64,000 bases of DNA from NCBI GenBank assembly GCA_965637545.1, contig OZ281500.1, positions 17,484,001-17,548,000 of the forward strand, in the 5' to 3' direction. The notes beneath the pieces were generated by a model. That model was not told where the DNA came from. It was given only the letters and a program-made list of their open reading frames with translations, and did not search any database. Position numbers and translations under genes: made by a program. Below, in pieces: positions 39,203 through 50,309 of this stretch. Each line of letters opens with the position of its first letter. Positions within the stretch are counted from its first letter, which is position 1. The DNA is from Phallusia mammillata (Eukaryota).

Positions 39203-39687
39203 TATATTGGCTTTATTATTACTCAAATAGTAAAAAAAAAACTACACAGACAGTAGACAGTAGACACTAAATTTCCCCAAACACAAAGCAGACTTTGTTA
39301 TGCATTTCCGTCGGATGAGAGAGCTGTACATTCCATTGCTGACCGACACTGGCGGTGACAAAGGTACATTTTTGGTGACGTAATGGCTTCATGCTTAGTA
39401 AGTTTTTCTTCCGGATTTTGAAAACATTAATTTTTAATTCCTGAGCATGAGTAAAAGATACGGTGCAAAACATTTATATGTCCTATATAGATAGTTTTAT
39501 GTAAAAGACTATTTTGATAAAAATAACTGGGCCTGCTTTGATATTTGATTTGAACTATACATTTGCGAAGTTACTTTCGTTTTCCACACGTTTTCTATAT
39601 AACGCTGCATAAGTTCACATCCAACACTTTTTAAAAACGTTTTTATTGCGCAAAACGGTTTAAAACTGCCAAAAGCCCTTGGAAAGT

Positions 39688-42600
39688 TTACATTACAGTC
39701 CGGGAATCTTCAACCATCCACATTCCCCCGCGCAAAGTCAGACCCAAACCATCTCTTTCCATCTGCTCATCACGGCGTTTTTCTTCCATCATTTTTCGGT
39801 AACGCTCATCTTTTACTGCTTTTACTTCATCCGATTGGTGACGCCAACGCTCTAAATTGGCCCTGGCTCCTTTTGCTAATCCGTCGCAGGTAGGCAGAAC
39901 ACGGGCAAGCGTTTCAAAGCATTTGACGGCCACATTGGAGTAAAAACCAACCTGACCTTCTGGCAAGTCTTCCTGTAAGTCTCGGTCCATCATAGGCAAC
40001 CAAGATAAACCGATGTTTTTCCGAGCGTCGCCTTCAGACCAAAATTCGTCGTATAATTCCAGCACATTAGCTTTCGTTGCTTCCCAACCTTTGGCTGTAG
40101 AGCTGATGTCGCATGCAGTCATTGTTATCCCGATAGCCTTAATCCTGCAAATTAATGCAAATCATTTCATCTAATTGGAAAACAATTGTTTGGAACTACT
40201 TTGTTTTGTGTCAGTTGCCTGGAGATATGAGCTGTTTGGGTATTAACTATGTGTTGAATGGACTGCCAAGTATAATCCCAAATCATTCAATTGCATTGCG
40301 TTAAAACCTAACTTGCATTAACACCAACCATTTGTCACAAACTTAAGAAAAACAGTATTTGTAGGCATTTTGGTAGCAGTTTGCCCTGACTACAAAAGAC
40401 AGAGAGAAAAAGCCCAATTTGCACATATCCGCAAATCTATGTTTGACATTTCTGCTATACAAGCTTACCTATGCCTGGGATTGTCAAAATCAAAATCGCC
40501 ATTGTTTAGCAATTCTTCAACCGTCGCTCGATTTTCGAAGTGCAGCGCAAGGTCGGTAGCAATAATGGCGTCGCGAAGAAGATCGTGTGCCTTTTCCTTG
40601 TCTTCCTTTCTTAAGCCCACAAACATGTCCAAACCTGGTCGGGCCAATAGCTCTCTGGTCATGTGCAAGTGGTGGTTTTCCATAGTAGAAGTGGCGTAGA
40701 GCGTTGACAAAGGATGTCCGGTCTTTTGAAGAAACTGGTTTGATCTTTGAATATATTAATTATAATTTTCTTTGAATATATAATTACAATAATTATTGGT
40801 GTAAATTAATGAAAATGTTTTAAGCCCGCGGTGGGATTCGAACGCACGACAGCTGTGCAAAGCACAGGGCTCTAATAGATGGCTTGTTAGTTGTTACGCC
40901 CTGTGAATTGAGCATAAAGTCTATTGATTTCATGAAAAAATATAAGCCAAAAATATGGGATAAAATACAATCTGAAAAAACAACAAAGCAAAAATCATTT
41001 TTGCTCATTTTCACAATCCTACATTTGGGATGTGATATGTAAGTAAGTTTTCTCAACTGTGTTTCAGTTTTTTGTGCAGAAAAATTGCATTGCACTGAGA
41101 AACCCAGCTTGAAGTTTTTAACCAATACAGACGAATCCGGTTAATCGCATCATCGATTTGCCAAGGGCATTTGATGCGATTAAACGGATTATGCGATAAT
41201 TCGGTTGCTATGTAAACAGTACACGCCGTTAACAAAAATGCTCATTTTCACTTCCCCAGCTAAAACAAAGTTGCAGTGACGCTCAACTATGGCAACGGAG
41301 CAGTATTTTCTTTCTTTTGTTGCCGAGAATTGAAAAAAAATACTGTCAAGTCAAAACTAGATTTATTACTCTCAGCGCAATACATAACGTTTGCTTCCTA
41401 ACTCGTGGCTATGGTGCAATCGCCCAGGTGTGTTGAAGAAACAGTAGCAATGCACACACACTCTTTAATTGGCGCACACGCCACCAGTTGGCTTGATTTT
41501 TTATTTCTCTTGCAGTCAGGTTTATTTGAAAAGATATGTTACATCGCATCGTAGACAAGGGGTTCAACATTTAAATTTGGGAGCCTCCCTATGACGACGG
41601 TTTATGACGTTTTAGTCTTGCTTTGGGTAGTTTCCCTTATAAATGTGCTTGGCCTTTCGTGTAATATACACGTAAATTGGCCTGTTGTTTCTGACCTATT
41701 TCGTTTTCTAGTTTAAGCCAACGCGTTAAGCGGCAAAGTGCTAGGTGCATATTTGTAAGCAAGCCCAAACCCGAAAATACACGACCGAAACCTGGTCAAA
41801 CTTACAACTTCAGCACATTCTACAGCGCAAGGGCGCTAAGGCGAGCTGCATCAGTTTCTATTATAACCCGCTATCCAATTGACAAAAAGAATAATTGACT
41901 TTAGCAAACCTTTAAAGACTCCGATTGTGGCGCTACTTTCTAGCTTACTCAGCACAACTGCAGCTGCAAGATTGGCGTGACTGTCACGTGATCAACGTGT
42001 GATCGTTGCTTCAAAAATTTAAACCAGCAACAAATAATAGAGAAATAAATGCCTTTCTTAATCGGTGATCCACCTGATAAGTTGCGCAAGGTCAATCATT
42101 GGCAAGTTACCAATTACGTGAATCTAAACAACATAGTGTGATTACTTGCGATCTAACATTTTTTATAAACCATTACGTGTTTGGCGGGTCATGAACAATA
42201 TAACAGAAAACATTTTTGACTTACATTTAACATTGTTTAAATTTCAATACACTTTAAGACTTCGAATTTGGTACAGTTCGCACTTAATAAGAAATTACAA
42301 TCATCGTCTTTGCCGGAACACCAGTTCCGTAATTTTAACACGTAGTACTCTTTATTTAAACGTCTGTTATATCACTATTGGCGATTAGATAAGCCAACAA
42401 CAAAAGGATCAATGTGCACGGCTTTAAGATAACGACTCCAAGTTATCGCACAGCGGTAAACTGAACGCCGATTTAATCTCCTAATAACTTTTCAAAAATA
42501 TTTTATGGTCGAGACGTGTCATTTTCAATGTTGAAATTAGATGCGTTATTTGGTGTAGAATGCAAACATGCATCTACATTTTTTTGCGTACATTACCTCC

Positions 42601-45600
42601 GGAGGATTTTACTATCATATCGTCGTTTTTTATGCGAAAAACTCGGTCTGTTCGACTTTCACATAGAGATCATCAATCCGTTTAATCGCATATTTCGTTG
42701 AAAATCGATCCGAATATCCGGTTTATGCGACAGACCGGACGATTTTCTTAACAAACGATGTGCGACGGTTTAGGATTTTTAATTGTGATGCAATTAAATG
42801 GATTATGCGATTAACCAGATTCGTCTGTACATATATTTTACATACATTCATCACAGGGATCAGCACTGAAGCGTTCATGCAGATCAGTGATCGAGGCCCA
42901 ATAAGCCAGGGCAATGTACTAAAAAACCTAAAATCCTTTTTTCAATGACCTACCTCGCACGATGATCCAAATCATGCCCTACACACGCCACGAGAAGCGT
43001 TAACCTCTCCAGTGGGTTGAAAAGGTCCAAGTTTCTCTGCATAATGCAATACATGGCGTGTGTGACTGTCATGGCGTGGTGCCAATTATGATAAGTCATA
43101 TCTCTGTAATTGTTGCGAACGTCGAGGATAAATCGAGCCTGAACATCAACGGGTACTTGAACCTCGCTGCTTGGAACAAGATCACTGATCATAGAGAGGA
43201 AAAAGACCGGGAGCTCTTCGTTGTAGTCCATCATGCAAAGTGTGAAGCTGCAAAGACCGACATTGTATATGTGACATTTAGACGTTAATTTAAAAAAATG
43301 AGAAAAACACGAATGGGCGATTGGATTTCCCCTTTGTTGGGTTTGAGGTTCCAATATTTAAAAAGTGTTTCGCAAAACCTTTATCTTATCAAGCAAGCCG
43401 CCAGCAAAATAATAACAGGTATTTGTATAGAAAGAAAAACAAAAATTGAAAAAAAAACATTTTAACACTGAAAATATACTTTCGCAAACGTGTGAACGAA
43501 TAACCTCATTATTCTTTAAAAATCCCTTTTTAAAACAAACTTTTGTATAGTAAAATCAATTATCATGTGGTTAAGCGTTTGACACAAAACTGCCATTACT
43601 GGTCCTATAAAACTGTGTGATTTAACTCAAAACAGGTTTATAATAAACACTTAACCTTTCAAAATCGTCAGGAATTTCCTGGGGCGCATTGGGGGCTTCG
43701 TACTCCACTAGCTGTCTAAACTCGGCCTCTGAATGCTGGCTATGATAAAGATACTGCTCATAAATCACCTCATATCGACACTGATCTCGTCTCAGCCTAG
43801 CATGGATCTGAGTACATTTCAAATCGTTTTTTATACACCTAAAAAACTTACTACTATGCTACTATGCTGAGGGCACTCTGTCTCAATGGAGTCTGATTTT
43901 AAATTATCTGTCTAGCTGACTTGAAATCTTGTTTGTACAAACTGGATCTCAAACTGAGGCGACATGACTTGTATGTAAGACTAAAAACAACAGAAACGTC
44001 TATAGGCCGAAACTCGTACCCTGGTCATTATTTTCGAATTGCTAACCTTGCTGGTTTTAGAAATATGCTAGTCTATAGTAAAGAATAATTCCTATCTTTC
44101 CTATATATTCTTGTACACATTCACTGATAACCTGGAGGACAAAGACACATTTCTTGGTCTAACTATTTAAACAGGGTTTACGTGGTTCGCAGCGATGGAA
44201 CAAATCGTCAGGTGGTACGCGACCCATATGAGGTTGAGAAACACTGATTTAGGTAGAGGCTTGTCCATGAGAACTTAGAATAAGCTTAGATAAACCGGGA
44301 TTTAAATTTTGTTTGGGTGTGGGCTTTGTCACAACCAAAAGTAAATGTAGGTAAAGGTTTTTGTACGCCAACAGCATGAACTAAATTGTGATTGAGTATT
44401 TTGCTTGTATACCTTGGAGTAGCGCAGTGCTAGTGCGCAGAACACTGCAAACATCTGAAAGTTATTTTGATCGGTTTTAGAGAACGATCCTCCCCCAAGT
44501 TTGTTGATCATCTCCACTACGCCGTAAACTTCTCCATCGCCCATAATCGGGATACACAAGATGCTTTGTGTGGTGTAACCTTAAAAAACAAAAGCAATTG
44601 CGACCAACGAACGACATTTTGATACTGTTTTATTTACATATAAAGTCGGTCCCCGCAGGGAACACATCAAAAATGTATAGTAGACACTTCATCACATGTA
44701 CCACACGGGGTCGCACTAACCCATGACAAATCGTGCCCACATTCGATATCAGCTGATGGTGGGCAGGAACTTGGCCGAATGGCCTGGCGCGCCTGACCCA
44801 CATACAGACATAAAAACCTGATCGGGATTCGTCCCCGGGAGGTTCCTGGGTTCGAACCCCGTGAAAAAAAAATAAAAAATAAAAAAAAAGATATCAGCTG
44901 ATGGTGTTTGTCACTCCTTCGCATTTGGTAAAGTCAAAGCTTAGATAAAATACTTTTTTGGTTTATATTTATAGCCAGCCTACACCCGTGACCGCCCTGG
45001 GGGACATGAGCCCTGGTTGAGAGCCACTGATCTATAAGCTACATTGTGTTTGCAGTAATATTCCCCTTGTGTTTCGATAACAAATAGTGCTGAAGTCAAG
45101 ATTAATGATTTTGGTTTGAAATATTTTGAGAATAATTTGCCGCGGACTGATCAACTTGCTTTGGCATAAGCTGTGTTCAGGGTTCGACAAGAATCGGTTC
45201 AAAATGTTCCAAAATACTAATACATCGTAAATTGTGATTCCCCACCTGTCACTTTGTCAACTTCTCTGTTAAAACGGCTGTCGGCGTAAGCATCCGGAAT
45301 GTTCAACATTTGTTTGGTTGTTGCGACGGTCCCAGCGATTCCCTTATTAATGGAAAATCTAAATACAATCATAAGTGACTGTGACCTAATTGTGGTAAAA
45401 AATAGTTTCCAATTTTTGCTTTTTGGAGACCAAATAATGAATGCAACATCCCACAAAGCAGCAGATTTGTTTTTTTAAGAAAAGCTGAAATGCAGGAATG
45501 TCGACCTCATAGAAAATTTTGCTTTTTTAAGTATAAGCACTTTACCTCCGTAACTGCACCTGCCACGTGAGCTGTTTGGGGGTCACTTACAAAAAGGTTC

Positions 45601-48600
45601 ATTTTTAAAAATTTGACGTTGGCAATTACCTGATTTCGTTTTGTTTCTGAAATATCGATGCTCCGCCTTCTTCCTGTCCATGATCAAACATGTCCGAATA
45701 CAATTCGTTCGTTTCTTTATCCACAAGAAAAAGAGAACAGCGCTCCGCTGACACAAGCTTTTTGGCAAATCTGCAATTAAACACTTAAAACCTAAAACTA
45801 AATAATTAGTGTTTCTTTTTAACATGTCTACTTTTAAAAAAGTATTTATTCGAGAACACTTAAAATCAAAAACGGTTTCCTTTTAATGAAACAAATTCAG
45901 TAAAACAAATCCGTATCAGTGTCATAATTTAAGACCATTAACCTGTTTTAAAGCCAACAATTTTAAGTGAATTAATTCCATTGTCATCTCTAATAAATAA
46001 GGCCAGATTAAGTTCTAGATGCCAAAAGTACCCAAGATTTTGAAGCTCCAGACTGCCAAATAGCTGTAGAAAGTAATTAGAGGACGGGCACAGCGACATC
46101 GAAAGTTGAAATAGACTGTTGCAATATTTACATTCATAGCAAACAACATACAGTATCAACCAAAATCGTACGTATCGCACTTGGTGGTATATTTACGTGG
46201 GCGGTATACTTTTTATACTTGGTTGTATATTTACCGCGTATACCACTGACAGTTTAACATTGAAAAAAAAAGTGATGCTCTAATCACGCGTTTACTTTGC
46301 CAAATGGTTAATAAATTAATGGCAGCCCGGACAATGAACACAACAAAATGGGCACATTTAATCAGAGTTGTAAACGGGCCTGAAATTGGAGCCCGAACCT
46401 GGCCCAAACCCGAAAGTAACAAGCCCAAAACCCGGACCTAACCCGAATCGTTTTTAAGAAGCGTTTACACCCGAAAGTTTAAATGACAGGTCTATACTTG
46501 AAGCCTCAGAAAAGACCAAGACAACAAACGCAATAGACAATTGGTTTTGAACACGGGCTGTTAGACATTAGGCCAGGTCCAGTAACTGGCTATTTAGCTA
46601 GTTAAATTTATTTTTTAAAAGACTGACACAAAGTGTAAAGTCAGGTCCGAATCAAGCCCGTTTCTTTTAATAAAAACTAACCGAACCCGGCTCGAAAAGC
46701 CCGGCCTGACTTATAACTCTGCATTTAATAACGGGTTGAAATAGATGTAGTTGCCTTCTACCGCATTATATGTTGGATAATGTTATCTGCGTCTGTTATG
46801 TCGTCCAGGTATGTTCTAGAAACTTCCAACAGAAATTCACTCATTTCACTCTGCTGTTTCAATCCACTGCTGACCTGTGTCCGGTGAATCGCCAGCGTCA
46901 CCCAGTGGAGAAAGCTCTTTATGTACCCCAATTAAATAAATACAGATTATAAACAAAAAAATAGAATAGTCATATCTTACATTAGATTTGGTTAAACGAA
47001 TTTTCCCATGTCCAAACCACGAATGTTAGAATTGCACTTAAACTAAGTGACCTACTTTCAACGCAGGCAGGACATCTTACACAAAGTATGTGCAAAACTG
47101 CAAAAAAACGTTTACCTGTGCCGACTGCAATGATTCAGCAGTGTACGGGGCACCGTGCCATGTCCGAAAAAACTCCATAACTCCGATCAAATCGCCATTG
47201 GGAAGCAACACCGGAAGACATAGTATGGCAGCTGTGAAGTAAACATAAAAATACAAATTAGATATATATGTTAACAGATCAATTAACAAATAAGTTTAAT
47301 CTTTCACAACAATCAAAAATTTTAATAGTAACCACGCATTAAACCAACGATTCTAATCCGCAGTCAAAGTAAAAAAAAAAAAGAATTCCTTTGTAGTTTA
47401 TTGATACTGTTCAATTTTTTTAGATGTCATTTTTCTTTATTGTGTGACTTCTCAAGAGCGCATAAATAGTAAGAAACCTAAATTGACCTAAAATAATTTG
47501 GGATCCATAAGTCCGTGAATAGAAGGGGCATCTATACATTTGCGTCAAGTGCTGCATATAACAGCTTTTGAAAATAATACACCCCCTACTTAAATAGTGG
47601 AAAATTTATATTTGAAATAAATGCGCCACCTATGAGAACTAATAATTGTCACCTAACATCCCTGATAACTTGGGGGATGGACACAGTTTGGGTCCACGAT
47701 TTTTATAACCAAATATAAACTGCGAGAAACGTACTTGATTCCTGCGGTGCAGACGCCTTTTTAAATCGTTCGTCCATGTGAATATCGTCGATTACAGCGA
47801 CCTTTTTGGTGTGGGCCACGTAAGATGCAACTGAACTATTGATCCCAACGGGATATGTCGGGTTAATTGAGCCTCTGCGCAAAAATGTTCAAATTACAAT
47901 CATAAGTTGGCTAAACAAGCTTAGCCTACATTAAAAAGACAACTGCTAAAAATCTACTCAAATCGACTGAATGTTTATGCTGAAATTATGTTGTTAATAG
48001 GATACTTTCAAACTTTTCTCCAAACAAAACAGCACATGTCTACCTTGTTTTCGCAACATTGCTGTTCGGCACAGTTGGATTGTAAAGGTAAAGTAAATCC
48101 CTGCTTCCACCAACCCCGTATAATCCGAAGCCGGTTGACATGGTAATCCGTTGCAGTTCCACACATACTCCATGCAAAGCATCCATGTAATTGCCACTTT
48201 CTATCTGTAAAAATAGCAAGCTCGATGTATTTGCAATAAAGCTACATAGATTGCGCCTGTTCACCAACAGAAATATAACTAGCCAACTTAAAGAGAAAAA
48301 GAGCTACTTCACTGATGAAAATAGCTTTTTAACACAAACATGGACAAGAGAGTCGATCATTTTGTCGACCTGAAGGTACTGAGCTTCGCTCGTGTGATCT
48401 GTGGGTGGATATATGTTCAAAAAAACCATTGCCTGTAAAAACTACCAGTTATAGGCAATAGCCTGCTTGATATTTTTGCATGTGAGCCCATGTGTCACAA
48501 ACGTTTTACATTTAGTGCAAAATTCGTCTCCAATTGCGCCTCCTTTTTCCACAAACGTAAATATTATTAGGCCTACCTGTTCAGTGATCTTCTCATTTTC

Positions 48601-48960
48601 CTTAAGATTAACCCTCGAGCAAGCACGACTGTGCAAATCGCCTCTGGAATTCGTCACTGCTTGTCTGTCGATCGTGGCAGCCTCTTCCCATGCTGTCTTC
48701 ATGGTGAGCCATTTTACTATTGTTTGTGAGCGGCAGTTGTGAATTACATAGTCTTCAATTAAATTGGGATCTTCTGCTAATAAGTTCCCAAGTCGCTTTT
48801 GCGCCTCACTACGTTCCACCGGCATTCCCTCTAATAAGGGTACAGTTAGATCCGGAGACGAGATTGAAAGTGCATCAGCAGGGCTAGACGTGCGATGTTG
48901 TCCTGGAAAAGGCAGCCGCGGCTGTGAGCGCATTTGCTTGTACGCCCAACGCGTGTTCAT
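39688..48960 (-). CDS. PDE10A: cAMP/cGMP 3',5'-cyclic phosphodiesterase 10A-like (GAF-A, GAF-B, catalytic domain), 851 aa
   Basis: 12 exons: 48960-48577, 48204-48044, 47874-47735, 47231-47116, 46916-46762, 45770-45630, 45358-45246, 44579-44413, 43807-43656, 43247-42954, 40744-40469 and 40144-39688 (2556 nt, all GT-AG, phases consistent). Motifs [58 protein letters not shown] and GQVGFY fit PDE10A specifically. The metal ligands and invariant Gln are intact. Confidence 0.95.
40824..40850 (-). pseudogene. tRNA-like 3' half fragment (Leu/Ser type T-arm)
   Basis: Minus strand GTCGTGCGTTCGAATCCCACCGCGGGC closely resembles the 3' end of tRNA-Leu (CGTGGGTTCGAATCCCACCGC). No recognisable D-arm or A box upstream. 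Confidence 0.4.
41128..41212. mobile_element. Short Tc1/mariner-type (TA-flanked) MITE
   Basis: TA|CAGACGAATCCGGTTAATCGCAT at the left and a degenerate inverted copy ending ...TTATGCGATAATTCGGTTGCTATG|TA at the right. Related copies lie at ~42670-42827 and ~54560-54683. Confidence 0.6.
42670..42827. mobile_element. Second copy of the TA-flanked MITE family (left boundary uncertain)
   Basis: The right end GGATTATGCGATTAACCAGATTCGTCTG|TA is the reverse complement of the 41128 TIR (about 28/31). Internal AATCCGTTTAATCGCAT occurs near 42675. Confidence 0.55.
44745..44906 (+). mobile_element. tRNA-derived SINE copy, body 44762-44863, A-rich tail 44864-44889 (span includes both TSDs)
   Basis: A box TGGCCGAATGG (44772-44782), B box GGTTCGAACCC (44849-44859), an A-rich tail, and a perfect 17-bp TSD GATATCAGCTGATGGTG at 44745-44761 and 44890-44906. 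Confidence 0.92.
45014..45029. mobile_element. Orphan hAT MITE right end
   Basis: TGGTTGAGAGCCACTG followed by ATCTATAA (central TA). No matching left end was found. Confidence 0.4.
46363..46721. mobile_element. hAT (Ac/Tip100-like) MITE, 359 bp
   Basis: TIRs CAGAGTTGTAA / TTATAACTCTG (10/11), perfect TSD CATTTAAT on both sides, and many subterminal CCCGAA/GCCCG motifs. Confidence 0.9.
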
Positions 48961-49055
48961 TATGCGTTCCGCATTCTTCCAGCGTTAGTTTATTGTAAGA
49001 GATTAGTGTACATTTATCGCAAACATTGAGATTTTAAGTGTTTTAAAATCCTATA

Positions 49056-49083
49056 TGGCGTCATTAAAACCAGTGTGACGTCA
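49056..49083. promoter_or_regulatory. CRE pair upstream of PDE10
   Basis: Perfect TGACGTCA at 49076-49083 and variant TGGCGTCA at 49056-49063, about 100-120 bp upstream of the PDE10 ATG. Confidence 0.45.
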
Positions 49084-49146
49084 TAAATGTATGAAAAGGT
49101 TCTATTTAGGGGTTTCACCGAAGTGGTAATTGTGTACTGTGTACAC

Positions 49147-49654
49147 CAGGGGTGTGCAGCCTTTTTCGTCGGTGGGCCATATAACCAATTTCGGACATCA
49201 AGCGAGGGCCACACAATTGTTTTCATGTACCGTATTTACACGTTTTTTACCCTACTGTTGGTACGGCTTGCATTATAATATCATGTAGATATTATTTCCA
49301 GACCGCTGCGTTTTGTTTTATTTTGCTTTTAAAATCAACTTTAAAATGTTAGGTGCAAGTAAGTTTCGTCGCCTTTCACAACAAAGTCATTGTTAACTAG
49401 ACAAAGAGGTATATTACGTCACATTCGGTATAGAAACGCAACAAGCACCTAGTGCGCATAGAATACCGTAAGTCTGAATGAATTAAGTTCCATGCGCTGG
49501 TTTAGCTTATTCTTGTTACGTATAGCAACTAAGAAGATTTACTAAAAAGCTAGCCGTTTTTTTTTGCTAAAATGTGCATTTTACTTGCTCTGAATCAGAG
49601 TGTTGTTGAGGGCCACACTAACCGGCTTAGCGGGCCGCGGGTTGCACACCCCTG
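49147..49654. mobile_element. hAT MITE, 508 bp
   Basis: TIRs CAGGGGTGTGCAGCC / GGTTGCACACCCCTG (14/15) and a perfect TSD GTGTACAC on both sides. Confidence 0.92.
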
Positions 49655-49704
49655 GTGTACACTCTATAATATTTAACCACCAACCACACGCTAATACTTA
49701 TATT

Positions 49705-49959
49705 CCAGTCTGCAGAGTGTGGCAGCTGCACGCGCGATTATTTAAAAAAAAAAGTTTTGCACGCCAATTTTGGGCGGTTGCACGCAGAAATTTCGCACGA
49801 AAAGCATTTAATTGTACTGCCTTGACCTTATTTACTTGTTTTGCGCCTGCTGAAATTGACCTTGCACGCGAACTTACGGGTCGTGCACGCGCGCACGCGG
49901 GACATGTTGGTCCTGCACGCACGAGATCTCGTCGGGAACTGCCATGTTCTGCAGACTGG
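49705..49959. mobile_element. DNA-transposon MITE with 8-bp TSD (hAT-like), 255 bp
   Basis: Perfect 12-bp TIRs CCAGTCTGCAGA / TCTGCAGACTGG, perfect TSD CTTATATT on both sides, and internal GCACG repeats. Confidence 0.88.
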
Positions 49960-50309
49960 CTTATATTACTGATAACAATGCTACTTTTCCATTTGTAGCC
50001 AACGTACTTTTTTGTGGAATTAGGTTTTTATAAGATTTGGGTTTGCCCGCAGTTTTAAAGCAAAGTTTTTTGTTTCTGCTAAGGTTTGTAAAATCCAATA
50101 GACCACAGCAAAACAAACAAAAAGGCGGAGAGTACACATCGCGAAACACGTCAGGGTGCACGACTGCACGGAGCCGAAAATTGCTGACGGTTTGTGCAGT
50201 GTAATAACTTATGTACAATAAATGCCAAAATATTGTTGGCAACAGAAACTGGTATTTTTGGTGAAAGTAGCGCAATCAGTTGATATTACGGAATAGTAGT
50301 ACAGGCATC

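Noticed and set aside
44762-44863. Functional tRNA gene
   Set aside because: No 3' acceptor strand, imperfect T-stem, C at the U33-equivalent position, and an A tail with a 17-bp TSD, all indicating a retroposed SINE.
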